Source of the DNA: Nanobdellota archaeon
Lineage (GTDB): Archaea > Nanobdellota > Nanobdellia > SCGC-AAA011-G17 > JACPNG01
Length of the DNA: 64,000 nucleotides
Direction of reading: 5' to 3'
NCBI GenBank assembly: GCA_038046345.1
Contig: JBBSWJ010000005.1
Coordinates: 24,784-88,783 of the forward strand
The position numbers were made by a program, and so were the translations under genes. Positions within the stretch are counted from its first letter, which is position 1. Each line of letters starts with the position of its first letter. The notes beneath the pieces were generated by a model. It saw only the letters and a list, made by a program, of their open reading frames with translations, was not told the origin of the DNA and ran no database searches. This document shows, piece by piece, positions 19,215-30,335 of this stretch.

Positions 19215-19329
19215 TCATACTTAATACTTCTGATTAAGTATTCACGTATTATATCACTAAAGTGATATTTTAAGAAGATTAAAAACTATGCTCAATCTTC
19301 ATTAAGTGAAACAAGTGTTGGCATCTAGC

Positions 19330-19337
19330 TTATAAAT
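19330..19337 (-). promoter_or_regulatory. candidate rRNA operon TATA box (ATTTATAA on the minus strand)
   Basis: This is the only strong TATA-like element upstream of the 16S leader, about 115 nt before the processing stem. Confidence 0.35.
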
Positions 19338-19448
19338 ATTTCTGTTCATGTGCTATAGCATGATAAACGAAAAATTAGTTTGGGCCTGACTTTCAATTTC
19401 GTATAACATACGAAGTCAGGTAAAAGATATTCGTATCCAAAACTGCTT

Positions 19449-19706
19449 TCATTTCCTAGCTTTCTTTATGGCACTTTCAACATCAGCTTTGGTTATACCT
19501 TTCTCCTTGGCGAATTGCTGCGTTTTTTGAAGCAGTTTATCAAAGTTTTTGAATGAAGGCATCGTTACTTTTTTTAGTATGACTGTATCATCTTCTCCAA
19601 CAACTACAAATTTTTCCCCTTCCTTTAAGCCTAATTGCTCCCTTATATCCAAAGGTATAACTACCTGCCCTCTTGAGCTCATGCTTGTTATTTCCAATCT
19701 TTGCAT
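19449..19706 (-). CDS. AbrB/MazE/SpoVT-family DNA-binding protein (antitoxin-like, no adjacent toxin)
   Basis: SSRGQVVIPLDIREQLGLKEGEKFVVV is a typical swapped-hairpin AbrB motif. Confidence 0.75.
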   Translation of the reverse strand: MQRLEITSMSSRGQVVIPLDIREQLGLKEGEKFVVVGEDDTVILKKVTMPSFKNFDKLLQKTQQFAKEKGITKADVESAIKKARK

Positions 19707-19878
19707 TTTGTTTGCCTCCTTGATAAGAATATCTTATTAGTAAGAGTATCTTATATGTAAATGCTGTGCTTTGGGGGATGTAGCACAATCTGTATTGGTT
19801 AGCAGGAAACTAAACCTAATTTTGTCCCTCAGCCCAATCACAAGAAATACTTATAAGTTATAAAAAATATGCATACTA

Positions 19879-20556
19879 ATGCTTACCCCAATAATCCTTG
19901 CTTGTCTTCTGTCAATAGCGCATATTTTCAGCGAAAAAATAAGTAGTGCCATTGAAGAATATCACGAAAAGATATTAAGTTTTAATTCAGGATTGTTCAT
20001 TGCGTTTTTATTTTTATTTTTAATACCTGGAGCAATTAAAGAAAGTCTAAACTTAAAAAATGTATTTTATTACATGCTTACTGGGTTAGTTGCGTTTCAT
20101 TTGGCAGAAAAATATTTGTATCAACATATTAGACATAAAAAAGAACTTATGAAAGAACTTGCATGGCTGCACATTATAGGCTTCTTTATTGATTATTTTG
20201 TTATTGGATTAGTTTTGTCATTAACGTTTATCACGGAAAAAGAACTAACTTTTTTAATATTTTTACCTTTTTTGCTGCATACAGTTTCTTCATCATTTTC
20301 CCTAGAGCACATTACTGAAAGATTTAACAATAAGCTACTAAAAATGTTATTGTCAATAGCTACAATAATAGGTGCAATTGCCGGACTTTTTTTACAGCTT
20401 ACAAAAGCTATACTGCCTTTAATATATCCAGTGTCAGTTGGAATATTAATTTACATTACTATGAGGGACATGATACCCAAAGGTAAGGATAAAAACCCAT
20501 TATTATTCTTGATCGGTGTTATGATAACTGTATCAGTGTTTATAATCACTAACTAA
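19879..20556 (+). CDS. polytopic membrane protein, possibly a ZIP-like metal transporter
   Basis: Has about 7 hydrophobic segments and His/Glu pairs within TMs (AFHLAEKY, LLHTV...LEH). The function is weakly supported. Confidence 0.5.
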   Translation: MLTPIILACLLSIAHIFSEKISSAIEEYHEKILSFNSGLFIAFLFLFLIPGAIKESLNLKNVFYYMLTGLVAFHLAEKYLYQHIRHKKELMKELAWLHIIGFFIDYFVIGLVLSLTFITEKELTFLIFLPFLLHTVSSSFSLEHITERFNNKLLKMLLSIATIIGAIAGLFLQLTKAILPLIYPVSVGILIYITMRDMIPKGKDKNPLLFLIGVMITVSVFIITN

Positions 20557-21607
20557 TCTTCTTAAGCGAATAAAGCACTTTTTCAAAGACAGAGTAAGCA
20601 TATTTTAGTTCTTGAACGCTGGTCAATTGGCTTATGCTTAATCTTAACGCGCTTTTAATTCGCTCCTCAGGCAAATTCATAGCTAACAGGACATGGCTTG
20701 GCTTCTGTTCTCTGGCCGAACAAGCACTCCCAGAACTAACAAAAACTTTTTTATGCGATAGATGTTGTAACATATCCATGCTTAGAACACCAAATGATAT
20801 ATTTAACAATCCATGTACACTCTTTTTTGGAGTATTAACCACCCCAAGAGCCCTGAATCTTTCAAATTCTTTTAATACTTTGGAAGAAATAGGAGAATAA
20901 TTTTGAATAGCTTTTGCAAAACCAGCAATTCCAGGGACATTTTGTGTACCAGCACGTAACCCAAACTCTTGAGAACCAGCAATTAAAGATTTTGCTTTAG
21001 TAGGATCATTCACGAACACAGCACCAACTCCTTTTGGTCCGTGAATCTTATGAGCGCTAATAGTAAGAAAATCAACAGGAATCTTCTTCACGTTAAAATC
21101 TAGCTTACAAAAACTCTGAACTATATCAGTATGAAACAGAGCTTTACAATCACGAGCCACATCATTCCAGTATTTTATATCTTGAATAGCACCTACCTCG
21201 TTATTAACATGAATAACAGATATTAATCCCGTGCCTAGCTGAGGTTCATATTCCTTAACGAAACATTCTTTATCAACGGGTAAAAGTTTATAATTGCATT
21301 CTTTGCCTGGATCAAGTAATGACTTATGTTCAACAGCGCTCATTAAAAGTTTTTTATTTCTTGGAACTTGTTTTATAATAAAATTATTCCCTTCAGAACC
21401 GCAAGAAGTAAAAATAATCTGATCAGCATTAGCATTAATCTTTTTTGCAACAACTTCTCTAGATCTTTCCAGAGCATCTGCTGCTACTTCACCTAAACGA
21501 TGCATTGAAGAAGGATTGCCAAACTTTTCATTGAAAAAAGGAAGCATGGATTCTACCACTGATTTTGTTACAGCAGTAGTAGAAGCACTATCAAGATAAG
21601 CTTGCAT
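20549..21607 (-). CDS. cysteine desulfurase (class V aminotransferase, NifS/IscS-like)
   Basis: Has YLDSASTT, the SAHKIHGPKGVG PLP-lysine motif and SSGSACS. The start is trimmed to MQAYLDS (ATG 21607), which avoids overlap with the divergent gene. Confidence 0.85.
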   Translation of the reverse strand: MQAYLDSASTTAVTKSVVESMLPFFNEKFGNPSSMHRLGEVAADALERSREVVAKKINANADQIIFTSCGSEGNNFIIKQVPRNKKLLMSAVEHKSLLDPGKECNYKLLPVDKECFVKEYEPQLGTGLISVIHVNNEVGAIQDIKYWNDVARDCKALFHTDIVQSFCKLDFNVKKIPVDFLTISAHKIHGPKGVGAVFVNDPTKAKSLIAGSQEFGLRAGTQNVPGIAGFAKAIQNYSPISSKVLKEFERFRALGVVNTPKKSVHGLLNISFGVLSMDMLQHLSHKKVFVSSGSACSAREQKPSHVLLAMNLPEERIKSALRLSISQLTSVQELKYAYSVFEKVLYSLKKIS

Positions 21608-21657
21608 TTGCTTGATATAACAAATAGTATTTAAATAAGTTTCTTTTAAAAAAATCA

Positions 21658-22266
21658 ATGATGCGCGCAAAAAAACTAAGTAATGATGTGTGGGAGCTGT
21701 CCGGAGGATTACAACCAAGCTCAAATGTATATTATATTAAGTCCATGCAATTGCTAATAGACTTAGCAAGCGAAAAAAATAAAGCAGACTTATTACAGCA
21801 GCTAGAGTTCATAAATGTAAAAGTTGAAGATATTAAGATCATTATTCTAACACACTTTCACTTTGACCACATTGGCAACTCAAAACTATTTAAACACGCA
21901 AAATTCTATGCTTCAGAAGATGAAATTATTAGCTATAGATTTGCACCAAGAAAAACAACTGGTAGCACTGGAAAAGAAATAGAAGGAATAAACATAAAAA
22001 AAATACCTGAAAGAATAGGTATTCTAAAAATCATTAAAACTCCAGGGCATACTAGAGGTTCTATATGCATACTCAAAGAAGATGATAAAATATTATTTAC
22101 CGGAGATACATTATTTCGAAATGGAGCGGTTGGTTGCACCAAACTACCAACATCTGTACCAAAAAAGATGGAAGAATCATTAAAAACTTTGTTAGCTATC
22201 CCACACAACGAATTAGGACCGGGGCACAATCTTGAAGATGGACTTATACTACAACAACATCATTAA
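21658..22266 (+). CDS. MBL-fold metallo-hydrolase
   Basis: Contains THFHFDHIGN and TPGHTRGS. Confidence 0.8.
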   Translation: MMRAKKLSNDVWELSGGLQPSSNVYYIKSMQLLIDLASEKNKADLLQQLEFINVKVEDIKIIILTHFHFDHIGNSKLFKHAKFYASEDEIISYRFAPRKTTGSTGKEIEGINIKKIPERIGILKIIKTPGHTRGSICILKEDDKILFTGDTLFRNGAVGCTKLPTSVPKKMEESLKTLLAIPHNELGPGHNLEDGLILQQHH

Positions 22267-22690
22267 TTATAACGAATTATACGGAGAAGAACAAGAACAA
22301 AAACTTAAGATTATTAAAGAATATTTCGGAGAGTGTAAAGTACTTGACGTAGGATGCGGAACATTATTATCTAAAAAATATTTCAAAGATGTAACAGGAA
22401 TAGATCCAACTGGAATACCGCCAGCAATAAAAGGTGTTGCTGAATCGCTGCCATTTAAAGATAAAGAATTTGATTTGGTAATTTGTGTAACGGTTTTACA
22501 CAATGTAAACAATCCTGAAAAAGCTATACAAGAATTAAAACGAGTAAGCAAGGGAAAGATAGCAATAACATTACTAAAAAAAAGCAGTAAACTTCAATGT
22601 TTAAAAGAATTAACAGAAAAGTACTTTAAAAAATTTAAAATGATAGAGGAAAAAAAAGATATCATATATCTAATCAAATATTCTGAATAG
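22232..22690 (+). CDS. class I SAM-dependent methyltransferase
   Basis: Contains VLDVGCGTLL (motif I) and FDLVICVTVLHNV. Confidence 0.75.
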   Translation: MKMDLYYNNIINYNELYGEEQEQKLKIIKEYFGECKVLDVGCGTLLSKKYFKDVTGIDPTGIPPAIKGVAESLPFKDKEFDLVICVTVLHNVNNPEKAIQELKRVSKGKIAITLLKKSSKLQCLKELTEKYFKKFKMIEEKKDIIYLIKYSE

Positions 22691-24505
22691 CTTTCCCTTT
22701 TCATTATCTTTCTCTTCTGAGTCACGCTTGCCCATCTGTGTTTCAGACTCTTTAATTTGTTTCAGCATTTGTTCTCTATAATCTTTTAATGCCTCTTCAC
22801 GGCTAGCAAACTTGATAGAAGAAACAGGGTTTAATGCTGACTCAGCTTTTTTCTTTTTCAAAATTGAGATGTACTTAGCTTCTTTACGCATTTTCTTATG
22901 AGCGATTATCTCTAATCTTTTCCTTCGTTTGAACATGGCAAGAAGAGCGTAAACTACTAATCCGATAACAGCTATAAACAGGATCCATGATAAAAAGCCA
23001 CTATTACTAACTGAGCTTGTCCCGTCTACATAAACAGCAGGAAAGTTTTTAACGAAATCACCGCTTACAACATCAATGTCATATACCCCCGTTACAACAT
23101 TCCTACCTAAAGGAAAAATAACCTCTTGATTTGTTGTTAAACTGGTTTTTTTGACAGCAACAATTGAGTCATCATAACTAATCCTTATTGGACGGTCATA
23201 AACAGTATTGCCTTTGTTTATAATAACTAAATTCTGACCTGATAAAAAAATATCAAGCAATTCAAGTGTTTCAATAAAAAAACTACTTAATTTTGATATG
23301 CCTCCCACTTCTGCTTGCACTGAAAACTCTCCTGGATTGGCATCTGCAGGCAGGGTAAATAATAAAGGTTTGTTAGCATCAACAACTTCACGGATAACCA
23401 GCTTGCTTCTAGAATCACGAAGTGAAATAGTTACTGCCTCATCAAGTGGATCACCAGCCTGGTCATATACTAATGGAGTAATCTCAATAGTTTCTCCAGG
23501 TAAGATTTGATTGGCGCTTAAATCTATAGTAAGCTCGTTTAGTTTTGCAATAACTTCCATAACAACATCAACAACACCATTATTGCCAAAATCATCTACA
23601 ATTCTAACTTCCGCTGTATGTTTGCCAGAAGCTATATCAGATGGAACTATCAGCTCATATGAATAAACTCCACCTTCAATGATAGTATTAAATGTCTCAT
23701 TCATAAAACGTATAACTACAGTACCATCTAGTATCTCTTCTTGTAATGTTGTTTTAGCATCACCAAAAATCTTTATCTTATCGCCAGGGTAAACTTGTGT
23801 TTTACTAAGGGATGCAGATGCATACAGATCACTAACAAAGGTAAAGGATGCGACATCTTCAAAATTTTTGTTATTCCCATAAATATCTCTAACATTTAAA
23901 TCAATATTATAAATTCCGGCAGGGATTCTATTTCCAACAAAAGTATAGATTAAATCACCATCAGAAAAACTAGCGACATCAACAAAGAATTTTGAGTTGT
24001 TATCAGAAAAATAAATACTAACAGCACCAGAAGTATCTAAACCATTCAGCTTGGATATTGTACCTGTTAAAACTATGCTATCCCCAGCTTGTACGATATC
24101 TTTATCAACAAAAAAAGATCCTTGTAAATCTTTAGTTACTAAAAAATTATTTGATGCTGCAGACTCTACAACTTGGTTGCCTTCAACTAATGAAAATTCC
24201 AAAAAACATGTACCTTCCATTTCAGTACTTACAACAATTTTTGATATAGCAAAATCTTGAGGGAACGTCTTTTTTTCTCTGCCATCTAAAGAAATTGCTG
24301 TCATTGGAAGATCAAAATAAGTAGCTCCGCAATTAATGCTTGGTTTTAATACACCATCAAAATCTGTTTCTCTTGACACATAACCAGATATTTCAATTTG
24401 GTCACCAAGATTATACACACTTTGATCTGGAGCGTTTAAGCTAATTATAGCAGCTACAGATGGAATTAATATCAATAAGAACACCAACAATCCTGCTTTT
24501 TTCAT
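22670..24505 (-). CDS. large secreted surface protein with Ig-like repeats, a C-terminal TM anchor and a Lys-rich cytoplasmic tail
   Basis: Has an N-terminal signal peptide, a beta-rich repetitive body and a TM segment WILFIAVIGLVVYALLAMF followed by KRRKR. Confidence 0.7.
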   Translation of the reverse strand: MKKAGLLVFLLILIPSVAAIISLNAPDQSVYNLGDQIEISGYVSRETDFDGVLKPSINCGATYFDLPMTAISLDGREKKTFPQDFAISKIVVSTEMEGTCFLEFSLVEGNQVVESAASNNFLVTKDLQGSFFVDKDIVQAGDSIVLTGTISKLNGLDTSGAVSIYFSDNNSKFFVDVASFSDGDLIYTFVGNRIPAGIYNIDLNVRDIYGNNKNFEDVASFTFVSDLYASASLSKTQVYPGDKIKIFGDAKTTLQEEILDGTVVIRFMNETFNTIIEGGVYSYELIVPSDIASGKHTAEVRIVDDFGNNGVVDVVMEVIAKLNELTIDLSANQILPGETIEITPLVYDQAGDPLDEAVTISLRDSRSKLVIREVVDANKPLLFTLPADANPGEFSVQAEVGGISKLSSFFIETLELLDIFLSGQNLVIINKGNTVYDRPIRISYDDSIVAVKKTSLTTNQEVIFPLGRNVVTGVYDIDVVSGDFVKNFPAVYVDGTSSVSNSGFLSWILFIAVIGLVVYALLAMFKRRKRLEIIAHKKMRKEAKYISILKKKKAESALNPVSSIKFASREEALKDYREQMLKQIKESETQMGKRDSEEKDNEKGKLFRIFD

Positions 24506-24718
24506 GGGATAAAATAATTAAATACTATATAAATAGTTTACTATACTAAAATTGCTGTGAACCGATATAAAGCTAAGTTTCAGACCAGCCGAATAACCAT
24601 GTAGAACGCTTAAAGGTGCCGATCTTTTAATAAGCTAGATCAGTCAATAAAGAGGATTATTACCAAAACAGTTTTGATGCACAGGTAAGTTTAAATATTT
24701 GCTTGAAATAAAAAAATT

Positions 24719-26596
24719 ATGAGGATTATAACATTACATACTGATTATATAGAATTTGAAGTCAAAAAAAAGGCAATAAAAGATGTTCCAGATGCACCAA
24801 AAGGAAAACAGAAAATAGAAGAATGTTTAGTAGTATTAACTGCTGTTGAAAAAACTGATGAGCCAGACATTAAAAATATAGTGCAACAATTAGTAAAAGA
24901 AGTAACAAATATAGCAGGTGAAGTAAAAACAGATAAGATCGTGTTATACCCTTACGCACATTTAAGCTCTAATCTTTCCAGTCCCAAACCAGCGCAAGAA
25001 GTAATAGAGCTTGCTAGAAAAGGTTTATCAAAAAAGTTTAAAGTGTTCAGTGCGCCATTTGGTTATTACAAAAGTTTTGAATTAAAATGTAAGGGCCATC
25101 CGCTGTCTGAACTATCAAGAGAATTTAAACCAGTAAAAGATGGAGAGAATAAAGCAGTTGCAGCAGAGAAGAAACTAAAAAGTGAATGGTATATAATTGA
25201 TACAACTGGGGCATTAAAGAAAATAAAATACGATAAAAATAAGATTATAGGATTTGATTTTAGTAAGTATAAGACTTTAGAGAAATTTGCACAATATGAG
25301 CTTGCAAAAGTAAGAGCGGTAAATCAGGAACCTCCGCATGTTAGGCTGATGAGAAAACTGGAATTAGTGGACTATGAACCAGGAAGTGATCCGGGAAATC
25401 TAAGATATTATCCTAAGGGGAGGTTGATTAAAAGTTTGTTAGAACAATTTACCACTGAAAAAATGATAGATTACGGTGCAATGGAAATTGAGTCACCAAT
25501 AATGTATGATTATGAACATCCTTCATTAAAAAGTTATATGAACAGGTTCCCAGCAAGACAATATACAATACAAACACCTAACAAGAAGGTTTTTTTGCGA
25601 TTTGCTGCTTGCTTTGGTCAATTCTTAATGCAGAGAGATGCACAAACTTCATATAAGCATTTGCCCACAAGATTATATGAACTAACAAGATATTCCTTTA
25701 GAGCAGAACAACATGGAGAGCTAACAGGATTAAGAAGATTACGCGCATTTACAATGCCGGACTGTCATGCATTTTGCGCAGATATAGAACAAGCAAAAGA
25801 AGAGATGTTAAAGCGATTAGAAGTTTCAAGACAATTACAAGGAGAGATAGGATTTGATTTTAGAAATGACTTTGAATTTGCAATAAGGGTAACAAAAGAA
25901 TTCTATGGAAAAAATAAAGAATTTGTGAACAGTTTAGTAAAGAAATGGAATAAGCCAACTTTATTAGAAATCTGGGATAAGAAATTTTTTTATTTTATAT
26001 TAAAGTATGAATGGAATTATGTGGATAATTTAGATAAAGCTGCAACACTAACAACTGATCAAATAGATGTAGAAAATGCAAAAAGATATGGTATTACTTA
26101 TATTGATTCTAATGGTAAGAAACAATTTCCGCTTATACTGCATTTATCACCAACGGGAGCAATTGAAAGAGTATTGTATGCATTACTTGAAAGAGCGGCA
26201 AAAGAAGAAAAAGATGGAAAGGTTCCAACATTACCATTATGGTTAAGTCCTACACAAGTAAGATTAATTCCTGTTTCTTTAGAGAAACATAAAGGTATTA
26301 CAGATAAAATGATGGAACAATTTCAAGAAGCTAATATCAGAGTGGATATTGACGATAATGGGGAGAGTATTGGAAAGAGAATAAGAGAAGCAGAGCTAGA
26401 ATGGGTGCCATACATCATTGTTATTGGTGACAAAGAAAAAGATGGAACTATCACTGTACGTAAAAGAGGTATAAAAGAACAAAAGGATATGAAGGTTGAA
26501 AGTTTAATTAAAGAGATAGAACGAGAAGTTAAAGGTAAACCTTTCAAAAAGCTGCCTTTACCACGGTATTTATCTAAAAGAATTAGATTTGTATGA
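24719..26596 (+). CDS. thrS: threonyl-tRNA synthetase, archaeal type with N-terminal editing domain
   Basis: Has the archaeal-type N-terminus MRIITLHTDYIEFE, a class II core (RLYELTRYSFRAEQHGELTGLRRLRAFTMPDCH) and a C-terminal anticodon-binding domain. Confidence 0.9.
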   Translation: MRIITLHTDYIEFEVKKKAIKDVPDAPKGKQKIEECLVVLTAVEKTDEPDIKNIVQQLVKEVTNIAGEVKTDKIVLYPYAHLSSNLSSPKPAQEVIELARKGLSKKFKVFSAPFGYYKSFELKCKGHPLSELSREFKPVKDGENKAVAAEKKLKSEWYIIDTTGALKKIKYDKNKIIGFDFSKYKTLEKFAQYELAKVRAVNQEPPHVRLMRKLELVDYEPGSDPGNLRYYPKGRLIKSLLEQFTTEKMIDYGAMEIESPIMYDYEHPSLKSYMNRFPARQYTIQTPNKKVFLRFAACFGQFLMQRDAQTSYKHLPTRLYELTRYSFRAEQHGELTGLRRLRAFTMPDCHAFCADIEQAKEEMLKRLEVSRQLQGEIGFDFRNDFEFAIRVTKEFYGKNKEFVNSLVKKWNKPTLLEIWDKKFFYFILKYEWNYVDNLDKAATLTTDQIDVENAKRYGITYIDSNGKKQFPLILHLSPTGAIERVLYALLERAAKEEKDGKVPTLPLWLSPTQVRLIPVSLEKHKGITDKMMEQFQEANIRVDIDDNGESIGKRIREAELEWVPYIIVIGDKEKDGTITVRKRGIKEQKDMKVESLIKEIEREVKGKPFKKLPLPRYLSKRIRFV

Positions 26597-27309
26597 TGAA
26601 AAGATCTCTAAGAACATTATTGCTTGCTGCTTGTTTTACTGTTATCTATGATGGTGTAAACGCAATTACAGATGTTATCGACCCAAAGAGCATACCCTCT
26701 TCCAATGAGCACAAGCGTAATATAGAATGGCTCGCTCTAGTAAATGAGGAACTTGCAGATGTCATAGCTGAACATGTTAGAAAGATCTTTGAGCAGGGGT
26801 TTGCAGAGCACTTCAGTAAAAACGATTTCTATCATGGACATTTTATAGCTGCAGACCAAGAAAAATGTAAACAGCTTGAAGAAATTAAGGGTTTCACTGA
26901 GGAAGACTGGCGTAGGTTATATTTATCTGCAAAACCACATTTCCTTTATCATACATTTGAAAACACTTGGCTAAGAGATCCATACATGGGATTGCCGCGG
27001 AGTATTATTGGAACCTTGGGTGGAGAAATACAGCCAGTAAGAACAGACACTAAAAACTTTATAAGCCACGGCACAGTAAACAGTAAGGATACATTTAGAG
27101 TTGGTAATATAACCTATAGTGGCATGTGTGATGCAATATTACTCAGATCAAACAGTCATGAAGGTAGTGAGATCTTTTTTAATGACGGGAAATTTAATTA
27201 TATTCCAAATTACTCACAGTTCTACATCTTACCAACCCCAAAAGGAAGATATAAAGCTAATGGGGAGAACTTTGATATTTATTTTGATATTCATAGGCTG
27301 CCAAGATAA
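26593..27309 (+). CDS. hypothetical secreted protein
   Basis: Overlaps thrS by 4 nt (ATGA) and has a signal-like N-terminus. Confidence 0.55.
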   Translation: MMKRSLRTLLLAACFTVIYDGVNAITDVIDPKSIPSSNEHKRNIEWLALVNEELADVIAEHVRKIFEQGFAEHFSKNDFYHGHFIAADQEKCKQLEEIKGFTEEDWRRLYLSAKPHFLYHTFENTWLRDPYMGLPRSIIGTLGGEIQPVRTDTKNFISHGTVNSKDTFRVGNITYSGMCDAILLRSNSHEGSEIFFNDGKFNYIPNYSQFYILPTPKGRYKANGENFDIYFDIHRLPR

Positions 27310-27371
27310 GTTTTATCCGTAACAAGTGAAAATACAACATTTTTAAAGAGCAAAAAGAAATACTTTCACTA

Positions 27372-27872
27372 ATGCTAGATCAGTTAAAAGAAGAGGTTGA
27401 AACATTAAGGTACACAAAAGAGTTCATAGACTACAAATCTAAACATTCAAATGCGTATCTTTGTGCAGGATTCAAAATAATAGATCATTTAGGTAAGATA
27501 CCATGGCAGATTGATTTTTATTGTCCTGATAAAAAAATTATAACAACATTTATCTTTGATAAATCTTTAGAACAAAAAGAAACAGACGAAATAAGTCCAG
27601 CAGAAGAAGAAATAAAAGAATTAAACCTTGAAAATATTGATATAGACTTCTCAAAAACATTAGAGATTATTGATAAAATAATTCAAGAAAAATATCCAAC
27701 CCAAAAATCTAACAAAATTATAGTTGTACTTCAAAAAATCAACGGAATAGAAACATGGAATGTTAGTCATTTAACAGATCAGTTTAACATATTAAATGTA
27801 TGTATTAATGCCCAAACTGGTGAAGTAATTAAAGAAAAACTTCAGCAGATAATCTCCTTCAAGCAAAATTAA
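27372..27872 (+). CDS. hypothetical protein (C-terminus weakly PepSY-like)
   Basis: ORF with the C-terminal pattern WNVS...NVCINAQTGEVI. Confidence 0.5.
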   Translation: MLDQLKEEVETLRYTKEFIDYKSKHSNAYLCAGFKIIDHLGKIPWQIDFYCPDKKIITTFIFDKSLEQKETDEISPAEEEIKELNLENIDIDFSKTLEIIDKIIQEKYPTQKSNKIIVVLQKINGIETWNVSHLTDQFNILNVCINAQTGEVIKEKLQQIISFKQN

Positions 27873-27881
27873 TTTATTATC

Positions 27882-28148
27882 ATGGAATTAACTGAAATAA
27901 TAGCAAATTTGCCAATACTACCGCCGGTTCATACTTGCAGAGAACCAGTTAGTTCACAACACTTAGCAAGGATTAAAATGAATATGCCATCACTTATTAC
28001 TTTAGAAACACATCACATTCTGGGAAGAAACGAAGCAAGCACTATGATATTCTATGGGGATAGATTTGACAAGTCAGGAAAAACAACAAGTTATCAAAGT
28101 TTATATGTACAATTCATTGAAAGTTACGAAATTCTAGACCAAGAATAA
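27882..28148 (+). CDS. hypothetical protein
   Basis: ORF only. Confidence 0.4.
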   Translation: MELTEIIANLPILPPVHTCREPVSSQHLARIKMNMPSLITLETHHILGRNEASTMIFYGDRFDKSGKTTSYQSLYVQFIESYEILDQE

Positions 28149-28202
28149 CGGTGTGTAAACCTTTAAAAAGTATTTTAACAAATTATATTGCCGTGAGCAA
28201 AT

Positions 28203-29921
28203 ATGATAAGACAACCAGTTGTGGCATTTGTAGGGCATGTAGACCATGGAAAATCTAGTATACTTGAATTTATCAAAGAAGTTCCTATAACCAAAAAAGA
28301 GGCTGGAGGTATAACCCAGGCCATAAAAGCATATACAGTACCTTTCGAGAAAATAAAGAAAATCTGTGGTACACAGTTAGAATCTTTAAAACAAGATGTC
28401 ACCATACCCGGAATATTATTTATTGATACACCGGGGCATGCAGCATTCACAAGCTTAAGGAAACGTGGCGGGAATATCTCTGACATAGCAATATTGGTCA
28501 TAGACATAAATGAAGGATTAAAACCACAAACAATTGAAGCAATAGAAATATTAAAGACATTCAAAACTCCGTTTGTTGTTGCATTAAACAAAATTGATTC
28601 AATCCAAGGATGGAGACCAAATAAAAGCAAGCCAGTCTTGCAAAATATAAAATCTCAAGCAGCAAGAACACAAACCATGCTTGATGAAAGGCTATACGAA
28701 ATTTTAGGTAACCTATTTACTCACGGGATACAAAGCGAGAGATTTGACAGAGTAGAAGATTTCACAAAAACAGTTGCAATAATCCCCATAAGCGCAAAAA
28801 CCGGTGAAGGTATCCCAGAACTATTGATGATAATAACTGGGCTATGCCAAAAATACCTAGAAGACTCTTTAAAAATTGAAGTTAGCGGAACGGGAAGCGG
28901 GACATTGCTTGAGGTAAATGATGAACGTGGTCTGGGCACCACTCTTAATATGATCTTATACGATGGTACAATAAAAATAAATGATACCATAGTAATCGGT
29001 GGGGTAAATAGTCCTATTACTACAAAAGTAAGAAGTATAAGACTTTATGAAGGGAAAAAGTTTACAACACCAAAGTCAATAAGCGCTGCAGCTTCTATAA
29101 ATATAATCGCACCGAGCATAAAAGATGCAGTGCCTGGCATGCCAATTAAAGTAGCAACTCCAAATAGTTTAGAAGAGATTAAAGTTAGTATACAGAAAGA
29201 AATAAGTGAATCCATTATTGAAACAGAAGAAGAAGGTATTGTACTAAAAGCAGATAGTCTTGGTGGTTTAGAAGCACTTACTAAGTTACTTAAAGAAAAA
29301 AAAGTTCCAATTAAAAAAACCGGTCTTGGTGGCATAACAAAAAAAGACATTGCAACAGCTGCTGCAGCTAAAAATGATATAAATAAAGTGATACTAGCTT
29401 TTAATATACCCACTGAAAAGGATAGTTCTATAAAAATAATACAAGCTGATGTAGTCTATAAAATAATAGAAGATTATGAACGATGGGTCTTAGAAGAAGA
29501 AAAAAAGAATACCAACAAAGAGTTCGAGGGAGTTACTAGACCAGCTAAATTAGAATTTTTACAACATTACGTTTTTAGGCAATCTAATCCAGCTATAATC
29601 GGGGTTAGGATTATTGGGGGCAAAATAAAAGTAGGGATGATACTAATAAAGGATGGTAAGGAGCTTGCAAGAATAAAAGAGATACAGCATGAAAAAGAAA
29701 ATGTAACAGACGCAGTTAAGGGGCAGGAAGTAGCAATTGCATTACCAGGGATAACAGTTAGCAGACAGATAAATGAAGGGGATATTATGTATTCTGACAT
29801 AACCGAGAACGAATACTTAAAGCTTAAAAAATTAAAAAGCTTTTTAAATCCAGAAGAAGTTGAAATTTTAAAGGAGATAGCCCAAATTAAAAGAAAAATA
29901 AAAAAGTTATGGGGGGTATAA
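28203..29921 (+). CDS. infB: translation initiation factor aIF5B (IF-2 homologue)
   Basis: Has [22 protein letters not shown] and NKID GTPase motifs and a four-domain length. Confidence 0.9.
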   Translation: MIRQPVVAFVGHVDHGKSSILEFIKEVPITKKEAGGITQAIKAYTVPFEKIKKICGTQLESLKQDVTIPGILFIDTPGHAAFTSLRKRGGNISDIAILVIDINEGLKPQTIEAIEILKTFKTPFVVALNKIDSIQGWRPNKSKPVLQNIKSQAARTQTMLDERLYEILGNLFTHGIQSERFDRVEDFTKTVAIIPISAKTGEGIPELLMIITGLCQKYLEDSLKIEVSGTGSGTLLEVNDERGLGTTLNMILYDGTIKINDTIVIGGVNSPITTKVRSIRLYEGKKFTTPKSISAAASINIIAPSIKDAVPGMPIKVATPNSLEEIKVSIQKEISESIIETEEEGIVLKADSLGGLEALTKLLKEKKVPIKKTGLGGITKKDIATAAAAKNDINKVILAFNIPTEKDSSIKIIQADVVYKIIEDYERWVLEEEKKNTNKEFEGVTRPAKLEFLQHYVFRQSNPAIIGVRIIGGKIKVGMILIKDGKELARIKEIQHEKENVTDAVKGQEVAIALPGITVSRQINEGDIMYSDITENEYLKLKKLKSFLNPEEVEILKEIAQIKRKIKKLWGV

Positions 29922-30335
29922 ATGGCTGAGATAAAATTTAACATAAGTAATCCTAAAACAGGAAAAAGTTATAAGAGAACAATAGAAACAAATGAATTTT
30001 TAGGAAAACAAATGAATAATACTATTAATGGCGAGCTATTAGAACTGCCAGGTTATGAACTGCAAATAACTGGTGGATCAGATAATTCTGGATTCCCAAT
30101 GCGTGCAGACATACCTGGATCAAAAAGAATAAAGGCTCTGTTATCGGGTGGTACTGGTATCCATCTTAAGATGAAGGGGTTAAGAAAAAGAAAAAGTGTG
30201 ACTGGTAGAGAGATCGGATCAAGCATTGCCCAGATTAATCTAAAGATTATAAAAGCTGGTCCTAAGAGTATTGAAGAAAATTACGGGATTGAACCAAAAG
30301 TAACTGAAGAAAAACCTGTTCAGGCTGAAGAATGA
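29922..30335 (+). CDS. rps6e: ribosomal protein S6e
   Basis: The MAEIKFNISNPKTGKSYK... GYELQITGGSDNSGFPMR pattern is typical of eS6. Confidence 0.85.
   Translation: MAEIKFNISNPKTGKSYKRTIETNEFLGKQMNNTINGELLELPGYELQITGGSDNSGFPMRADIPGSKRIKALLSGGTGIHLKMKGLRKRKSVTGREIGSSIAQINLKIIKAGPKSIEENYGIEPKVTEEKPVQAEE

Noticed and set aside
19383-19421. Hairpin cctgac...ttcgtat-aac-atacgaa-gtcagg between the AbrB-like gene and the rRNA promoter.
   Set aside because: It could be a transcription terminator or boundary element, but archaeal terminators are usually T-tracts. It is a single hairpin without further evidence.
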